DNA of 64,000 nucleotides, taken from the NCBI RefSeq assembly GCF_000181795.1, contig NW_003526944.1, forward strand, positions 3,370,410-3,434,409, given 5' to 3'. Shown one piece after another: positions 27,601-41,216 of the stretch. A program made the position numbers and the translations under genes. A model generated the notes under the pieces. It did no database searches. It had not been told where the DNA came from and saw only the letters and a program-made list of their open reading frames with translations. Positions within the stretch are counted from its first letter, which is position 1, and each line of letters starts with the position of its first letter. The DNA is from Trichinella spiralis. Taxonomy: Eukaryota.

Positions 27601-30600
27601 AACGACAGAATTTTGTGGAAACTTCTGAAATGGGCTTGTTCTTTGAAAGGTTGTCGAACATACATCGAACATCAATTTCAATTAGCCACCTATCTCAGAC
27701 TAGTCAGTGATTTGGGGAAGATCAAACTGGGAGACGTTTTCAAGCAAATAGAAAAACCACCGTTGAACCTGACTACCTTTTCCAGGACCGTGCTTTGAAT
27801 CAATGATGCTCAGAAGTCATTTGCGAACATGACAAGCCCCCTCTAGAATTGGTTGGATCTTATCTCTGAACGACCCCTCTGATTTTAGTGACACATATAT
27901 TTAAAGGGAACATTACTTTCCAACGATGTGCTTAATAATTATAAATATAACAGAGAGAAAGAAAACAATTTATTCCATTTTTAATATATCAATTTCCTTC
28001 TAGAAGACATTATTTATTTTAAGCTAGTTCAGCTATATGTGTATGCAGATTTTCATTACCTTATCCGATTGTTGATTCAGGCGATTAATTGCGAAAGATA
28101 ATGCAATTTTTGATTGGGTATTGTGTTAATAATCATTGTGCAATTTCAGTTTCGACCTGTTTCGCTGAACTTACCGATAAATTCATTCGCAATATTGTTG
28201 CTGCGTTCTACGGACGTTGTGCGGCTGTGTTCATCAGCATCCAATGTATTACTCCATTCCTTTCGATCAATGCTACTACCATTGATGGAACCGTCTAAGC
28301 AGGAATTGTTGTTGTTATTGTTGATATTGTTGTTCATATGATTTTGCAAGTCCAACATTCTGGTACCCTTAGAAAACATCAATTAGCACTGTAGAAAACA
28401 TCAATCTTCTACACAGGTATGTAAGTAATTAATTTTTTCTTCTTTGTATCAAATTGTTAAACATGAGATGATTCCATTTGAAACTTAAAACATGTAGAAG
28501 AATGAATTTGGTCTGAGAAACATTTTTTGATTAGAATTATTGTGCTTTGAAGGTTTAATAGCAAAACAAATAATCGTTTCTAAAGGGAAGGGAAGTTGTT
28601 AACTAACTATCAAGCACTTTCAACTTATGCACTATGCAGTATCATGCATTCAGTTAGTCGCATGTAAACAAAAGCTTAAGTCAGTTGAAACTGATACTAT
28701 TATTATTATTATTATTATTATTCGAGTCATAGGAAATAAAAATATACCTCTGCGCTTGCTGTCATTAAACAATTACGCCAATGGAGATTGTTTTTTGCAC
28801 AGGTGTAGAGTAATTCAAGGCGATTAGCGCACAGTATATTCTGGGTTCGAATTCGTTGATTTTGTTGATCCAACTGAACATAAAAGAAACGATGAAACGT
28901 TGAGGAAAAATAGTAGTAGTTATTAAGAATAAGTGAACAATTATTCATTATAACTAGATCAGAGACTTTTGGTGGGAGAAAATTGAATCGCGCTGGCTAG
29001 ACAGAATGGGAGGGGGCAGTTGTCATACAAGCATCTTTGAACTAGCAACGCGACTTTTCTTTCTTCGATGATTCTTCTACTTCTTTGAGCATTTTTAGTG
29101 ATTAGGTCATTCATTGCATGTGATTGTGTGTCATTTATAAAATGAGCACAAAATATTGATTGATGCACGTCGTGGAGGAAAAGCGCGATCAAGACTAGCT
29201 TCCAAGAAGAGGCCGCACCTCTTTTGGTCTGAGTCTTTTTGTCATTTTTGTCGAAAAGCGAAACGTGACACCTCGACCGGCCAAAATTTTACTATAGAAA
29301 TAATTGATTGATGCTGCCGAAATTGTTGAACCAAGCTGTGATCTCATTGGTCTTTTGATAAAGTATCAGAATTAGTGGGAAAAGCCTTCTTGTGACGAGA
29401 AGAGATAATTAAGAAACACGACTAAGAAGTATATACTTTCCTTTTTGTGGATGCATATTATAATACCTGTATAAATGTTGTTGGTGTTCGTGTGTGTGTG
29501 TGTGTGTATGTTTATTCCAAGGCTTGAAAAGAGCAGCTCGTTTAGCCTCTGACGCGGCAGACCATGGCAAAGTGTAATGGACTATTTGCAAACGCGCCTC
29601 GCATTTCAATCGGAAGCTATTTACCGCTCGCTTGACAATAAAGCAACATGTTAACACGAAGTAGCAATTCAAATTTCTAAAACGACGATGTTTTCAGTTG
29701 GATTTTTTTCCCAATTCCAAATCAATTAGCCCATTCAATTCGTAAGAAGAGAAATTACACTATTGGAGAGGCTTTTCTTAGTAGAAAAGAAGCAACAGAC
29801 ATTGAAAAAAATTAAATGAAATAAAGCATTTATTAATCATATACAAACGGTGATAGATGTTGCTAATGTTGCAGAAGAGGGAATTAATGTTCCATGCAAA
29901 TTTGCTTATGCTAATGCGCGAAGTGTTGTCAGTGAAAGGATTAAAAACGAGGTTTTTTCTCGGATGGAAAGAAAATATGTAAATTATTTTGTCATAAATT
30001 TTTTGAGGTGATTGATCATGAAACAGTTGACAGAAACAATGAAAAGAACAGGGTCGTTTTAAATTCAGGATAAAATTTGAATTCACTTTTGAAACACTTA
30101 TTCTAGGATTTAATAAAAATTAATAATGATATTTAATGAAACAATAAAAATTTACTGCGAATTATGGAATTGTCAGAATTCGGTTTTCAAATTGACATTG
30201 TAGTTTTCATTGCAATTGTTTTCATAAGAGAAGATTATTTGAACGTGTGGAAGATGTAAACTTGAAATTCCATTTCCGCTTGCATGAAAATCTTTCCAAT
30301 AGATTTTTGTTTATTCAGTAAGCGCAGATAGGAAGATAGGAATTTAATTAACTACTTTATTTTTTACTTAATCACTTCACGTAATAATCCATTTGCGTGT
30401 GTGCTGCTTCGTTTTTGATCTCAGCTTAGTCAACAAATAATAATGAAAAATGACTCTAATATTAATAATGAATAATGGTATTTGAACACTGATAATAAGA
30501 TAAAAATACATTATCTACCTCTTCAAGTCGAGATTTCACCCATTCTTTGATTTTGATACGCTTTTCTTCAACGCTGCAATTGCTGCTTTCCATAGAATGC

Positions 30601-30605
30601 TGCAT
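21664..30605 (-). CDS. max-1: PLEKHH/MAX-1-like protein (coiled coil, 2x PH, MyTH4, FERM), multi-exon
   Basis: Coiled-coil exon EEKRIKIKEWVKSRLEE|LDQQNQRIR (30605-30519, 28874-28748). PH domains (IEKQGYLHK..KRRWFVLRDD; CRGWITK..RFWCAL; EDKERWFYHL). MyTH4 (RGPFPMVPEQ region, LPHSIPVNMPDGSYQ|VIGFDG). FERM (SGYGIFADDP, LAVELCALMAQ, LWLAVDSYGITL, TKFGG, AYEITLLLADYI). Stop TAA at 21664. The true first exon is uncertain. Confidence 0.9.
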
Positions 30606-33600
30606 TCGGAATAAAGAAATTCTTCTTCATGCAATGTAAATTCGCTGAAAATTTTAATTAATTAATTAATTATATTTTGTTGCAGTGCAAAAAATCACTT
30701 TTTGCGCACCATATTAAGCAATACCCGATTTTATAAGGAAGAAACTGTTTTCCATTATTTGAAACTGGTAGACAATGAAGTTGAAAAAAAAGCTTACATC
30801 GCAAGCATCTTGTTAAAATGGCGCGCAACTCTTTAACATACAGTATCAGTTTTTATTTTGCATGATCATCAGTCACAGGGTTGGTTTTTTTATGTGTTCA
30901 ATATTTGACTGTGCAATTTTGAAGCATTTGATAAAATGATTGTTGCAGTTATTTTACGCGAAATGTGAAAATGACGAACAAACAAGCATTAGCATACGAG
31001 CGATCCCGTGAATCATCATCACAGATAATCGAGAATTCCTTTCGTTGGGCATATGTTTGGTATATAAAATTCAGTGGTCGAATGCCTAGACAACCTGCCT
31101 GATTGTTGAAAAAAAAACCAACGCTTATATTAATACAAATTGCTAGCATTATTGCAATGCTTGCAAAATGTGGATATTCCATAAATGTGCACATGTTGCG
31201 CGGCTAGTAAAAATGCTCGGCAATGAGAAATGCCATCGACAGTTGATTTGGACAATCTTATTGAAAGGCAACGGTTCAACATCTGGCCGTTTGACAAGGC
31301 GACGACAGATGGTTGACAAAGCGAATGACCAATGCGGTTATACACTGGTCTGGTCAACGGACGGGCATGTATATTTTGGAAGAAGCTCAGCTAGAGCTTA
31401 ATTATGCGTGGCAGGAGATGGCTCGAAATGGCACTCACGTGCCGGTCACGCAACCGAGTTCACTCTGTGAAGCTTCGTCAAGCGGAAACGAATATATATG
31501 CACATATAGGCGATGATCACAGCCCACCATTAACACAATCTAGATATTTCTGTTTACTTGGGCTAAAAATCGAATACTCTCATAATCTGTACTTGTCGTT
31601 TTCAAGTAACTGTTGAGTGAAATTGTCCTGACAGTTTTCGAAGAAAAGACAAAAAATCCAAGAACTATTTTACCTCATTTTTTCTAGATTGCTTAGAAAG
31701 CAGCTTTTGCTCGAATGATACTAATAATAATAAATTGTTGAACAATTTGACAACGATATTATAAGAGAACCAATTGTAAAAGGACCGTTTAAACGGAGCC
31801 AGTATTTTTAGTTTTGCTTTCAGAAGTGAGCAGAAGGCTACAGTAGCCTCCGGGCACCGATTCATATTCTTCACGAGAAATCAAAATGCTCCTCCCACAC
31901 ACTTTCACAATTCGAATTTGCATTTCTCATTCGCTAGTGTTCATTTTTCAGCTTATCGACGCAAAATTCTGCAAAGCAGTGCACAAAGCACGTTCAGCAT
32001 TAGCTTTTCATTTCATAAATTATTTTTTTAAAAATATGATTAACAAACAGGATAAATCTTTTAGCGTGTCAAGTAAAGTTTCAAAGTGGAAACAGTTCTT
32101 CATAATATTATTTATCAGATTATTGTTCTATTATGACAGGTGCAGTTTCAATCTTTACATATCAGAGAGGTCATCAAAAATATTTATACACTTTATGAGA
32201 TGAATTTTATGATTGAAAATAATTTCAGCCTGTTGTGTAAATTTGGCCGTCAGAAATTTCCAGTGCTTAGTATAGATTCGATAAAATGCTGCTAATTACT
32301 GAAATGATAGCATTTTCGAAGTGAAATACTAAAATATCAAATGATAATTTTCAAATGGAGACAATTTGTTAATTTTGTAAAAATATAATTTCAAAAATTA
32401 CAGTATAAAATACATACGTACTTGTCAGATTTGTTTACAGTACATTGATGCGTTGAAATGCCATTTCAATTTTTAAATCGGAAATCATCGTTGAACAAGC
32501 AGAAAGTAGAAATATCGGCAATTAAACGAATGCTTTTACAAATTGAAGTGATTTCACAGTTGTTAGTTTACAAGAGAAAATGAATAAATAATTAGAATTC
32601 AAGTTCTACTGAAAGTGTCGTCAGTGATTGATGAAAATTTAAGATAGAGAAAGATTGAATAAGAAATAGATCAATCATCATGTAATATGCGCAGAAAAGT
32701 AGAAAAGCAACACGTTACAGTTTAATAGTAACAGTTCTTTCTTTCTTTCTATTTTCCACCTATTAGTACTGTAAGATATGGGGATGCAGTTGTTATGTTG
32801 AACAGATTAATGGTCCTAAAAAAGTGGGATAAATTTTCAACCACATACCTGTGAAAGAATAAGTTTCCGCGTGATTGATGAATGAACAAGTGCAAATTGA
32901 ACAACTGATAAATAAAAGAACAACTATACAAATTGCTTGGAAAGAAAATTACTGAAAACAACAACAATTTGAAAGTGATCATTGTGCGTGCTGTGTTTTC
33001 AGTTAGATAAGAAATCGACTCATCCAGCCGACTGTGATCACTCCTGTGAGAATTGGACAGATTGAAAACGTTGTATTCATAAATAAGGAAGACTTGATTA
33101 ATGATGATTCACGGAACCGAGTAGTACCGCATTTGAACATTGCTTTTGAAATCAGATTCCATCTGATCGAAATGATCAACATAGCTTGGATCTGTTCTTA
33201 TTGAACTGATTGGATTCAACAACATCCGATGCGGGGCTTATCCACTGCGAATGAATTTGGAAAAGTTAAAATTTAATTTCATCAAAGCTGCATATTATTA
33301 TTATTATTATTATTCTTTCGCTGATTTCTTGTTAAAACCGCGTTAGAGTTTCCACGGTGATTATTGAATGGAACTTGTACGTATTGGTATAATCGACAAA
33401 TGAGGTATTGGATAAGAAAAGCAAAAATAGTATCACACACACACACACACGCACACACTTACCACTTGATCAATGAACAGCGGCCGCGGCAGGCAGACTT
33501 GTATGTTCTGCAAAAGCAAGAAAATACAGGGTACAGAAGAGTTTTTGAGGAAGTAGTTTTTTCCCGACAAAGCGGGCGGGGCATTGACTGAAAAGCCTAA

Positions 33601-33682
33601 TCGCGCAGACAATCAATCGATCGTCTCTGGCTCCTTCCTCACTTTGGAAAAATGATGCCAAGCAAATCACTGATGCTTAAAT

Positions 33683-33727
33683 ATACGTATATGTATATAT
33701 GTATATATATATATATATATATGTATG
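33683..33727. repeat. Imperfect (TA)n microsatellite
   Basis: TA dinucleotide run with TG interruptions. Confidence 0.85.
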
Positions 33728-34542
33728 CGTGCATTTATTTTTATTTATATGTAAAGCGTTTGACGACATTCTGTGTTGCACGGGGCAACCGGCACTGACA
33801 TGATTTCAAAATTGAAATCTGTGAAAATCCTCTTTTCCAAAAATGAAAACGGAAATTTCAGTCTTGTAATAAATAGCAAATGATGATCAAGCAATGGAAA
33901 AGAGGGAATGCATTTTTTGAAAAGCACCAAAAACAATAATGCAATCATCAACTGGAAATTGTGGGTTGAAAAAAGGAGAATAAGGATCAATATTTTTCGC
34001 AATCGAATCGTCGCAGTCATCGTCGGACAAGCAGCTTCTCCGGCCATTATTCGACCAGATGTCACAAGCCGTCCAATGTCGATTGACCAACGCTTGCTTG
34101 TATGACTCATGCGCTTGTTGACCGTCGTCGATGGACGGACCACGGTTTTAATTAACTGTCCAAGGTCGAAATTGGCCCACGCCAGAAGAGGCTTCTTAAC
34201 GCAATTAAGCAACATTAGCGCTTTTCACTTCTCGTCGACTTGCCCCTGTTGCGTGAACGTAAGCTGCACACGTTGGTCATTGATAGCCGCCTCCACCGGC
34301 TTCGTCTCAATCGTATACATAATCGCCACTCTCTTTTTCAATTAAAGCCTATTGTCGTTCATAAGTACTGACGCGGTTTAACACTGACAACTGTCTTAAC
34401 AAGGACAGACAGACGCTAATATAACTCTGTCACACACTGTAATATAATTTTCCCAAATTTATTAATAATACAAAAAGGCTCATAATACATAAATAAGTAA
34501 TTATTGATATATATAATTCATTCGAAAAAAATGAAGTCACTT

Positions 34543-35943
34543 CTACTTTGATGAATTGAACCATTTGGATTGGCTAAAATAAAAAAAAATTATCATCCAA
34601 TTATTTTCACCATATCCTCCTACCATGGTGGAAGAATCCATTCTGCCATTGGAACAGAAGGGGTACAATAAGAATTGTCGTCCTCTTCTTCCATTTCATC
34701 GTTGCATACGACAAAACGATCCCAAGCTTTCCTAAACTTTCATCAACAGTGCAAAAAACAAATTATTATTTCTTCAATCTCTTCATCACGTACTACCTTC
34801 TTTGGAATAATGTCTGTGTTGACATGGTTCGATCATGACCATCATCCGCTGAAGCATACAGATAAATAATATAAGCTTGGCAAATTTTGACAATACCACC
34901 AAAATTCAATACCCGACTTGCTGAAGAGCAAGTTGTTGAAAGAAGTTGTCGATTTCAACTCCTCGTTGACCGAATTCTCTTCCTCACATTTTACACCCTT
35001 TCTTTGCAATGAACATTTCAAATCATCTTCCATACTTTCAAGCGATTTTACAAGTTCAGTTTTCTTCTGCTCAAAGTCTGGCTTCCAAATGCCACCTTCA
35101 AGCTTTGCATCAGTGATGGTGACGTTTTGCAATTTCCAGCGCCGATATTCGCTAAGTAGATCTATGAACCGTAAATAAGATCGAACAATCTGCAGCTGCT
35201 TTTGCAACAAAGGTGCGTTGGATAGTGGTATTTGATGCTCTTCGACATTCGGCATTTCCTTAATGAAAAATATCATGAAGAAAGCATGCTGTGCATTGCA
35301 AAAAGCAAAACTTGAAAAGCTGAATTATTCGGTAGAAGTGCCAATTCCTGTTTGGCATGTTTCGAATTGGATGACTCTGCAATTTCCACCGCTTTACGCT
35401 TGTTGCGAGCCTAAACAACACATTCTTCACGTTGGTGTTTTGGGGTGAGGGGGGGGGACAAAAAATAATGAACAAACCCTTCTCTTTATTCGCTTTTGCA
35501 TTTCACTGCACAAAATATGCCAAGTGCTCGGATAATAAAATGGTGTCATGATTAAATCAAAATTCATCTGAAAAATGACAATCGAATAAAGTCAACATTT
35601 CCCATTGAGCCAATGGGGGACTTTTTTTGATCATAAAAATAATTTACACGAATCGATTCCGCTTCTGCTTGTAAAACTTCCCACTCTGGGCTTTCACCTT
35701 CGATCGTGCAGAATGAATTCATTTGCTTCAAAATTTCACTCATGCGTGGAAGCAGTGAATGTGCTTGAACTGCTCTTTCACTGCATTCGTGAACCTGAAA
35801 TGATTTGATGAGTCAGTGCACAATTTACACACGCACTATTCTATTACTGTTATAGTTTTATTGGAATACAACAAATCTGGTCGATTTGCATTTAACCAAT
35901 TTTCCAATATCTGTTTCGAAGTATACAATTCCGTTGTGTCCAT
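34543..35943 (-). CDS. PDCD7: Divergent PDCD7 / U11 snRNP 59-kDa protein homologue, 8 exons, about 322 aa
   Basis: Exons 35943-35848, 35794-35648, 35567-35478, 35410-35312, 35258-34913, 34848-34797, 34731-34624 and 34573-34543 join in frame with GT-AG introns. The C-terminus TLFQRRKAWDRFVV..SVPMAEWILPPCQSKW resembles the PDCD7 signature L.QIR..WD.YLV....VP..WVLPP.....W. The helical N-terminal part WEVLQAEAESIR..KRIKRRARNKRK also fits. Confidence 0.65.
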
Positions 35944-37065
35944 CTGAAAGTATTCGACTAAAGCACAACGTGTTTTGAAAATTTCTCAACAGTGTAAAAT
36001 TCTTCAATTGACCATAAAACAATCAAACACACATTTTGAACAAAATTTTAAAATATAAACTTAATTTGTTTAATTTATTGCACAAATCTAAACATCAATC
36101 ACAGTACACTGATAATAAAGCTTTAATTTTAACTTGGAATTTTAGGTCTGGATTATTATCATGCGGTAATGCCTTCTTATGAAAAGTTTTGATTCATAAT
36201 CATGCAGATTTAACTTTTCTTCAATTTGCTTGTTTATTTTTAGTGCCAATTGTTGATTTGTTTACGACGCGCATCCATGTTTTTTTTACTGTACGCTATG
36301 TATTTATGTGTTGTTTTTATTATTTTTCCCGTTTTTTTAAAAGTAGTTTAGTAATAATCTTACTTAAATGTCTGCGTTGGCACATGTCAATTTTTTTTTT
36401 CAAATATGAGAAGAATGTAAGATTATCACTGTTGGTAGGATGCAATTAAGTTAGTCGTATTTCCGTTTGTGCGCAGTTTTACTCTGCTGGTACTTCTTTT
36501 TATGCTTAACAATTCGCTGAATTACTTATTTAGTTAATGTTAACTGCGTTGTCTTACTTTATTTTATTCCAACCGTTTATGTTGATCTCTTTTACGAAAC
36601 AATGTGATAAGATAAGTCTACGTGACAAGCATATGTGGGCGAATTCGAATTCTGTCTCAAGAACATAACAAAAATTGTTCACTAACTTGAACATCATTAA
36701 CTGTGACCAAAGTATGAAGTTTGTTTCGTTTGAAAATTTCTGCACAAGTTGCGCGAATGTAGAGCTAACAGAAATATTCTTAATTTTGAATTACCGATGA
36801 ATTCGCTTTGTTCATTTTTAAAAGCATTATCATTAACGGAGTGAAAGTCATCATCTAACACAGATTTCGTCAACACGTATGCCAAGGTGAATTGTAATTT
36901 ATTTATAAAATTGAATTCTTGATTTAAAACAATTTTCAATAGTTTAGTGGATTTATTTTATTATTTACTTTATAGAATACTTTTGAATAATACATTTGAG
37001 AAAACCGTAACAACGTTTATGTATGCTTTATTTTGCAAACTGTGATCAGCAAATCAGAGAACACT

Positions 37066-39182
37066 TTATACGGGAGGTTGTTCCTTTTTGAAATCTTTTC
37101 TACTTGAATTTCTTACACTAGTTTCCTCTTTTGGGGGGACGTTGAGAATGGTGTTCGAATCGTCATTTTGTTCTACCTTTAAGTAGCTATTCTTTTTCTT
37201 TGGCTGTAGTTTAACAGAGCGCAGTTTTGTGGAGAGAGCTTTCGAATCAACACTACCAATGCTTTTGCTTTTGTTGCTTGTTGTGTTACTGCTGCTGCTG
37301 CTGCTGCTACTGCTGCTGGACTGGCGTTTATCTAGTGATCGTTTTTCTTTAAGCCAGTTCAATTCTGCAATGGATGGCCAACGCTGAGCGCTTAATTCAG
37401 CCCGGCGATCCTCGGCGCCATAGAAGCTACGCCACAACGATGCGATCAGATCACTGGTAAATATGACACCAGTGCTCATGTTTAAAAATCGAAGGACGAA
37501 AACTCCGTCTGCCCGAAGATATTCACCAACAAAGCGCCTCACATCGTCTCGGCTTTCTTTTGCATCGAAGGGCATGTCGGCCAATTCCAGATGTCTGGTG
37601 ATGAACCATTTCGAAAAGCAAGGAAGTGAGATCATTGAGAACCAGTAGATGAAACTGCTCAAAGTGACTAGAGTTAACAAATGATACCAAAACCAGAGGA
37701 AGATGAAAATTTTTTCGTTGAATAAGTTTATGACCAGAACACATTGCACACTGTAGCGTTGTAAATTGCCCATTACTCGTACCTGAAAATCGTATTTAAA
37801 TCTGTGCGCGTTTTTTATTGCACGTATTTCATTTTCATCTAATACATACCTCGAAGTCGCATAGCGTTACACGAGGGAAAAAGCCAGATGTGTGCCATTG
37901 GGTTCCATTTAGCAGATTGCGTAAAACATGCCATCCGTACAAACTGTCTTTGGTTTGTGTTTCCAGGAAGAAGTTCATTACCAAGAATTGACCAATTACG
38001 TTTGCCAAATATAAACACTTTATGATCAAATATAGCACTGAGATATAGTTTGACGTGTATGGAAGGTTGAGAAATAATAGAATTTTATGAGGTTTGAGAT
38101 TTTTCTTGCAAACTCGTCGTTGAAATTTTAAAGCATTTTCAATATGCACCGTGAGCATTCGTAAAGTGCATCGCCGAACGTCTGGCATAACATTTTTTGG
38201 ATCTCGGACATGTTCAATAATGCTTTGCAGTCGGATTCCTGAAATTGCATTCGTAAAAACTGCGCATGAGGCACATTTAAAGGATAAATTTACGTTCAAC
38301 AATGCAGAACTATTGAAAAATATTTCAAATTTACCGCATACCTGAACGATGTGACATGATACGCCATAAGTAGAATGGAATTTGAAAAGAAAGAGCTGAA
38401 GTTAATAAGAAAAATGGTACCCACTGATAGTAGCTGATTCTGCTTTTTTGACGGCTTTCTACATCATCAGGAATGTCATCAGAAAAAGGAATAAAATAAT
38501 TGTCTTGAGCCCAGCAGAATGATTCTGCATACTGAAAATAAAGAATTTCTTTTATAGGTTTTTTACTTTTGCTCTTGAAATTTCAATTTATTTATTTCCA
38601 TTTCATATTGTTTAAATTTAGCAGTTCTAATTTTAGCTGGTCATGATAAAGTGTATTACAGACTAATATTATTAGTCAATCGGTTAATGATAGTTTTCTT
38701 CTCATTTAGAAGACATTTTTGGAGAGCACACTGGAAAGGCAAAGATTGAAAATATTTTAAAGTTAGTTTGTGAAATTGATTGTCACGTTAGATCAATAAG
38801 AAAGCGTATATCGAAGTATATTAATCAGAGGTGGTTCTTTGCTGAGCTTTGGTGTAAAATTTGACTTGCACAGCTATTTACAGTTTATTTTGCATTGAAA
38901 ACTTCTTTCAATCATTACAAGCTTAATGAGGAATGACTAGATTGGGGAAAATTTTTTGTAAACAAAGCATTGTATGCATACTTGTTCCCAGGCAGATGAG
39001 AACATTTCAGGTACCATGCATTCGATAGGTCTTCCACCGAACTGTTTAAAGCTAACTATCATGGCCAGAACAATAAGCAGACAGCTAGTAAAACGATAAT
39101 GCAACTGATCAGTGGCGTCATCATTATCCTCGTAGTTTGGTAGCAGAAAGAAGCTGCTCAAAGCGCTGTACAAATAACTCAT
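37066..39182 (-). CDS. inx: Innexin (gap-junction protein), 4 exons
   Basis: DDATDQLHYRFT, KQFGGRPIECMVP..WEQ|YAESFCW, ISYYQWVPF, SGFFPRVTLCDFE|VRVMGNLQRYSVQCVLVINLFNEKIFIFLWFW, YLRADGVFVLR. The tail is Ser-rich. Confidence 0.96.
37288..37319 (-). repeat. (AGC)n coding repeat giving poly-Ser in the innexin tail
   Basis: ctgctgctg run on the + strand, SSSSSSSSSS in the translation. Confidence 0.85.
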
Positions 39183-40190
39183 TGCAATTTATTTTCAAAA
39201 GAGCATTTTTGGATAAAAGAATATACGGATAAATGTTTCACGGAAAAATATCCCACTGCTGCATTAAAACTGGCGGAGAGAAATGTGCCAGCTTTTTACC
39301 GCGCTGTTACATTTTGAATGTTCTGAGCTGAACCAACAAACATATTTAGAAGACAATTGTCAGAACGGATCAATTAATCAATAACAAACGAGGCATATGG
39401 TGGTTTTTGCTTCAAATTGATCGACTGCTTTGAATGTAATTTGAGAAGGAAAAATTGTGCCTTTTTTCAAATTAAGTGACAACACTTTGTTTGAACAATA
39501 AATTATTAATTTACATAATTTACTAGTTTATGCATTTGAACAATTGTTTGTTCATCAATAAATTATTCTTTCCATTATAATAATTAATTAAAACTCATTT
39601 TATTCACATATCTATCTATAATGTTCAGAATTTTGCACATAGTGGACTGCACTTGTTTAATGATGATGACAAATTTCACATTTTTTAACATGAGTGAATC
39701 GAATTAAGCAAATCAACCATTCGGACAAACCAAACGATTCATCAATTAATGTATGACATGTTCGATCAAAATTTGTTTAACAGAATGGAATCTTAATGGA
39801 AAAGAAATCAGTTTATAACGAAAATTTATTTTTTGCAAAATGAATTTCAAATAGTTTTAATTTATTATAATACAATTTAATTTATTTTATTTTTATTTTT
39901 TATAAATTTTTAGTTAGAGCCTTACTGTATACTGTAAAAAATAAGGAGCAATTGAAATATCAATTTCAAAATTAGTGCACTGAATATGTACAATTAATTA
40001 CATATTTATTGAACTGTTATTTTAAATGTTTATTTATGAAAATATTTTAAATGTTCAATTTTTTTCTTTTATTTTTTACAATGACAATAGCAACAATAAT
40101 TGTACTTGATCGTCATTTGATAATATGTGTTTATTGTATAAGTGCGTTTCGTAGTGTTGACGTTGTTTTTTGTAGTTTTAATTCGAAAAT

Positions 40191-41216
40191 ATGCCGAAAT
40201 ACGATTTGACGTTTCGTATGGTGGAATTTTTGGATTCACACCTTGTGATTCCATTGTTCGAATTTTTGGCCGAGCAGAAAATTTATCCGGCGAAGGAAGT
40301 TCTGAAAGCGAAGCTCGACTTGCTACAGTTGACAAAAATGGCCGATTATTTGTCTGAAACGCATGAAGCTCTTTACGGAACTGCCGCTCCAGAATTTGCG
40401 GCACACAGAGCGACAGTAATGGATGAATTCCGTTGCATGCAGGATAGAATTGATCCGGTGATTGTCATTTTGGACGATCCAAATGTTGAACAAATGATGA
40501 AGAACAGCAATTGCGACAGTCGACAGCTGGTCGACTACATTGTGGAGAATCACGAATTTCACCCTGATATGCTGGATACGCTTTTCAAATATGCAAAATT
40601 TCAATTTGAATGTGGAAATTATGGAGTAGCGGGCGCTTGTTTGAATTCATTTCGAACCTTGGTGCCGCAGCATCATCCAAATTATTTAAACGCCCTCTGG
40701 GGTCGTTTGGCATGCAGCATATTGGACCAGAATTCAGTATCAGCACGTGATGATTTGGTTCGACTTAAAACTTTCATCGACAACGATCCATTTGACAGTG
40801 AGTTAACTTTGCTGCAACAGCGTGCTTGGTTCATTCACTGGAGTCTTTTTGTCAATTTTCACTACGCAAAGGGCCGTGACGAAATTATCGACATGTTTTT
40901 GAACAACTATGCCTATTTGAATCCAATTCAAATACTTTGCCCGCACATTTTGCGTTATCTGACTGCGGCAGTTATTTTGAACAAACGGCGGCAAACGTGT
41001 GTCAAAGAATTAGTACGCATTATTGAATTAGAAGCGTATCAATATCGAGATCCGCTGACCGAGTTCATTGAATGCTTGTACATAACGTATGATTTTGAAC
41101 GTGCTCAAATCAAATTACAAGAATGTGAAGAAGTGGCTTCGAAAGAATTTTTTTCTCGTTGCCTGTATGAAAAATTCATTGATGCTGCTAGAAATGTTGA
41201 AACTTTGAAATTTACC
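40191..41216 (+). CDS. eIF3e: Eukaryotic translation initiation factor 3 subunit E (INT6), 3' end lost in the assembly gap
   Basis: YDLT..FLDSHLVIPLFEFL, KYAKFQFECGNY, ALWGRLA, LQQRAWFIHWSLFV, YLNPIQILCPHILRYL, YQYRDPLTEFIECLY..DF..AQ.KL.ECE. No intron in 342 codons before the N-run. Confidence 0.93.
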
